Assembly: GCF_018350175.1 (NCBI RefSeq)
Contig: NC_058368.1
Coordinates: 111,602,001-111,666,000, forward strand
DNA from: Felis catus
Lineage: Eukaryota
Reading direction: 5' to 3'
Length of the DNA: 64,000 nt
Under the pieces are notes generated by a model that was given only the letters and a program-made list of their open reading frames with translations, had not been told where the DNA came from and did not search any database. Position 1 is the stretch's first letter. Each line of letters starts with the position of its first letter. Both the position numbers and the translations under genes were made by a program. This document shows positions 59,741 through 64,000 of the stretch, piece by piece.

Positions 59741-61622
59741 CAGAGGTCTTGGTGAGTCGTCTTCAGGTTGGCCTCAGAGGGATTCATGGCTGTGATGGAG
59801 GGCAAGGCCAGAGGTCTGGAGGAAAACACAGCCTGAGAGAGTTCCATTTGCTCCATCTCCAGTTGAAAGGTCTCTGCCTGTCCCCATTGTGCTGGAAGCA
59901 CCTCTAGTTCCATGCTTGCTGCTTAGTAGGCACTGAAGGGAAGCTGTGGAACAAGTGAACGTTGCTTGGCGGTATCTCTGAAACATGACTGAACCACTCA
60001 GCACTCACAGAATTAGAATCGTAACTTGTGCTGTACAACCGGTACAGCTGCCACAGTATAATCACGGTCACATGAAAATAGATAAGTACTGTCAGTTGAA
60101 GCATCTTATGGTGGAGACCTGCCACTGCTACACCCAGATAATTTACACCAGTCCTAAAAGATCTCACTCATGCAGATGATCATCCTTAATTTCTCTGTCC
60201 TGGGGAAGAAATCATGACTTGGAAAAGAAGTCTTCCAGAATGTTCTTCAGTGCAACTGCACGACAGAACACAAACTGCTGTTTTCCTCTGGGCACTATTG
60301 CTGGTGTCAACCTGGTATTCAAGGCAGGATGGGGTGGTGGGGTGTTCCCTCTGAAGAACTTGCTACATCAAAGGGTCAGTTGCCTCAGCACTGTAACTTT
60401 GCATACAGCTTTTCATATGCTCTTTTGAGTTCTGCTGTGAGAGCTGTCAGGGCACGTGCTTCTTGCAGTGAAAAAGTCATGTAAGCTTCTCTGGAGCCTG
60501 GTCCCCGGGCCTCTTGTTGACTTGTTGTACACGTGTAGAACCAGGTCATGGACCAAAAACTGTGTGCTCTGTAGAGCTTACAAGTCTTCCCTAACAATGG
60601 TATTGTTCAACTGATAGAGCTTCTTAGAGCAAGGAAAGCTGATGAGCTGATTTCATCTAGGTAAACTGAGGCACTGGGCACTTGAATGACTTTGAGAATT
60701 ACAATGTCAGGACTACAAGCACAACACATGCTCATCAGATACTACTGTGTGCCAGACACGATGCTGGATGCTGGGAGTCTGGGGCTTGTGCAGCCTTGTC
60801 TGTGACTTCATGGGTGCTGCCTCCCACTAGGGCAGAGCCCCATGATGTGCCAGTTCCCATCCTGTGGCAGGTTATAGAGGAGGGCTCATGTAGCCAGCCC
60901 ACAAGGTCATGAGGACAGGGGAGACTGATTACCACATCCTATGCCAGTGCTCAAGGTATCAACTCATCCAAATCAGATGTGGGTTTTATCTTGAGGAAAT
61001 TTCAAAATTGAATGAGATTTCAAAATAGTTGTCATATAGATGTTTCAAAATTAGAAGACCCAAAACCCTCTACTGTCAACCTATCCTGGCCTGGTCTAGG
61101 CGGGACACTGCTTCGGCTCTTCACGCTCTCTTCAACCTCTTGCTACAGCTCTGTGGGGTTGGGCTCCAGAGATGAAATCTTGGCCAATCATTGGCTCTGC
61201 AGAACAGCATGTTGTGAGAAGGAGCCCAGGTCATATTAGTGTAGCATCCTTTGATGGTGGCTGGGCCACTGTTTTTGCAGCCAAGCTTTGGGCACGAGCC
61301 CCTACATGGCTGGCTGACTGCTCTTGGAGAAGTCCCTTTCCCTGTAGGCTGGACTATCCCTCCTTGAACAACAGTGATGATGGTGGCATGGCTTATACCC
61401 AAGAGGTTGCCACCAGTCTGTGGTCCCAGGATGAGGGTCCTCACAAGGCACTATGCTCATTCTTGTTAGACAGTTTATTAAGCCATTGCTCTGTCTATAT
61501 TCCACCCAGCTAAGCTGGAACTAATCAGGAAACCTGCCTGTCTTATCCATACCAGGATATAGTACTTTTCCTTAGGAATCCCACTGACCCGTTAACTGGG
61601 CATATACCCTACATGTGCTACA

Positions 61623-61625
<3 letters not shown>

Positions 61626-61681
<56 letters not shown>
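61626..61681 (+). repeat. (TG)28 perfect microsatellite
   Basis: Direct reading, 56 bp. Confidence 0.97.
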
Positions 61682-61683
<2 letters not shown>

Positions 61684-63729
61684 TTCCCCATCTAGACAGA
61701 GAGCTCACTGGGAATAGATTCCAACTATTTTACTCTTTGTCTTTGCCATTTCCTTGGCCAGGTTTTGTGGACCTTTTTGGAGACAACAAACATGACCATT
61801 TAGCAAAAGCCATTCCATGGCCTATGGAATGAAATATCCTCTTTCCTGAGGTCCACTGGGATTCATGAAGGACAAGGATGAGGATGGAAGTTATTGGGAT
61901 CCCACTGCATAGATTGACGTTGTGCCTACTGTTCCCAGTCTTTCCTGGGAACATTACTGGGTTGAGTCCAGAGGGAATGGGGGCAGCTCAGCCAGTGTTG
62001 TGGTTTTAGCCTGCTGGCTGAGGCCCAGTATGTGCAGATTATGGAGATGTGGCCCCTTTCTTTCCATGCTGGAAATGAGCCCCAGAAAGCTACTGCCAGT
62101 CTCTCCTGTTGAGAGGGCAGGAGGAAGCATGCACTGCAGATACTGTGAAGTCTGCAGGTTTCACTCAGTTGGGATTTGTCACTTGGCAAACAGTCAAGTA
62201 TCTGCCATACCTGTCCATGTCAGCTGCAGCCTCCATGGCCAATCCGCATGATGAAGTATCCAGTCAAGTTTTGGCAATTCCGAAGGTGTGGCAATCTTGG
62301 TTCTTACAAGGGGCCAGTGGGGAGCATTGCAACAGAGGCCCATGTGCCGAGCCTGCAGGATGTCCTGGGAGGGAGGCGGAGGGTGGAGGGCACCTTTGAC
62401 AGTTGACATCTGTGTCAACAGCACTCAGTGACACACCGGGGGAGGACGAGCCTGCGCTTGGCAGGCCAACAATAGGCTGATTGACGAAATGAACTTTTCC
62501 TCAAAGGCCCCAACACTGCCAGGGGTGCTTGGGCTGACAGTGGTCTCCCCTGCACCACACACTCCAGGGACTCCCTTGGCATGCTCAGAGCAGGGAACAG
62601 GGGTGGGCTTTGGTCCCTGATGGGGTCACGACCTGTCCATGGTCCTCTGGAAGGCTGCTGTGGGGTGAAGGGTGGGCTGGTGGCTCCATGGCATGCAATA
62701 ACAAAGACCTGGTGGCCTGTAGGTAATGAATGCTGTATGGGTGGGAGTGCTAGGGCTCCAGGTGAGTGATGTATCCACAGCATCTCCCATCTGGCATGAG
62801 GAAGGAAGAGCTTCATGAGGTGCTCCTGAGGTATGCTTGTTTTTCCACAATATGTAGCTCAGTTGGTGGGGGTTACAAGTGCTCCCCTCAGACCTTAGCC
62901 ACACTGCACTTATGAGCTCAGTTCAACATTGAGGATGAAAATCTTGGCCCTTGTTTTTTCTTGCCCCACCCCTTCTCCTACACATACATACATGGGCATA
63001 TACACACGTCCACACTACCTTGCCTGCTGAGGGTACATGACTCAAGTCACCTGGGAGCTCACACTGCCCAAGGCTGTGCCAAGAGTGTCTCTCTACAGAT
63101 GTGGGTATTGAGGCCTAGCAGGCCTCAGGCAATGGGACCGCCTAGTTGACTGTCAACAGGGACTGCCCCACCTATATCTTTTCTGTGTTGTATTCTCAGA
63201 CAAAATGAGCCCAAAGAGACTTAGGTTACTCTGCAGGTCCCTTGACACAGGCTACTGCCTTGCTCACTTACTCTTGAGGGCAATATTAGTTCAGTGTGGA
63301 TCTCAGGATTGTTGTGTGAGTTCCCCCAGGGTAAAGGGAGAAAGGGTCTGTCCTTTCAGAGATGAGCAGAAGACTAGAATGATCCTCTAAAACCCCAGTT
63401 TATTTATTTCAACTTTTATTTAAAATTCTTTGATGGTAACTTTAAGTAGTTGTTCTCAGGACGGAGACCAAAATGCTTATCAGAGTCTAGCCTCTGGTCA
63501 TCTTGGTTCTTTAACATTGTACCATGTCTTGTCCCTTGTTTTCTGCCCTTGAGCCCTTTTGGCCTCTTTCCACAATATCTAACATACAGTGGCTTTGTGG
63601 TGGGATAGAACATGGAGCCTCTTGGCCCTTTTGCTGGGAATGCCTCACCTCTCACATCCCATCTCCCTCGCCCTTTATACCTAGTTAACTTTTATCAGCC
63701 CTTCAGTTCTTTGAGCATTTGTCCCTGTA

Positions 63730-64000
63730 GATGTTTTTCCATCTTGTTTTTGCTTTTTTAAAATACATTATAAACACAATTTTTTTCTAGATTGTGAGAA
63801 GATTCTGTTAGTTGAAATCTTTGTAAATTTGTTTCAGTTGTTTGTTTCCTTATGTGCCTGGTTATTTTTGACTATGTGCTGGTCATTAGTTTAAAAATCT
63901 ATTTTAGGAACAAGTCTTTCAAAGAAGATTTTCATTTGCTTCTGCTGGGCTATGGTGGTCCTACTAGCTATTCAAACCTGAGATTCTTTGCTCCCAGGTT
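63730..64000 (-). mobile_element. Ancient L1 5'/ORF1-region fragment
   Basis: tttccttatgtgcctggttatttttgactatgtgctggtcatt and gaagattttcatttgcttctgctgggc resemble antisense L1ME 5' sequence. Confidence 0.45.

Noticed and set aside
1..64000. Naming the host gene
   Set aside because: No exon was recognised, so any gene symbol would be a guess.

Overview
This is mammalian non-coding DNA from a felid genome, identified by tRNA-derived Can-SINEs of cat type (SINEC_Fc-like) and a cat-type L1 3' end. I cannot support any protein-coding exon, RNA gene, CRISPR array or prokaryote-type system; the ORF track looks like chance ORFs in GC-rich DNA or translations of repeats. The window holds 15 Can-SINEs, several L1/HAL1 and L2 fragments, many MIRs, hAT DNA-transposon fossils (Charlie1a-, MER5-, MER63- and MER103-like) and solo LTRs (one MER34/ERV1-like, two MaLR). 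Twelve of the 15 SINEs and all recognisable L1 pieces lie on the minus strand, which suggests a long intron of a plus-strand gene that I cannot name. Between the repeats are several short repeat-free islands rich in homeodomain, TALE, POU, MEF2 or SRF motifs that look like developmental enhancers. The most notable structures are three retroelements stacked at one target site (6.15-6.9 kb), a solo LTR hit by two SINEs (41.6-42.5 kb), two tightly spaced inverted SINE pairs, a motif pair shared by distant enhancer-like islands, and a candidate 56-nt cassette exon or recursive splice site at 59.2 kb. Repeat family names are recognised by eye from consensus features, and boundaries of old repeats are approximate.
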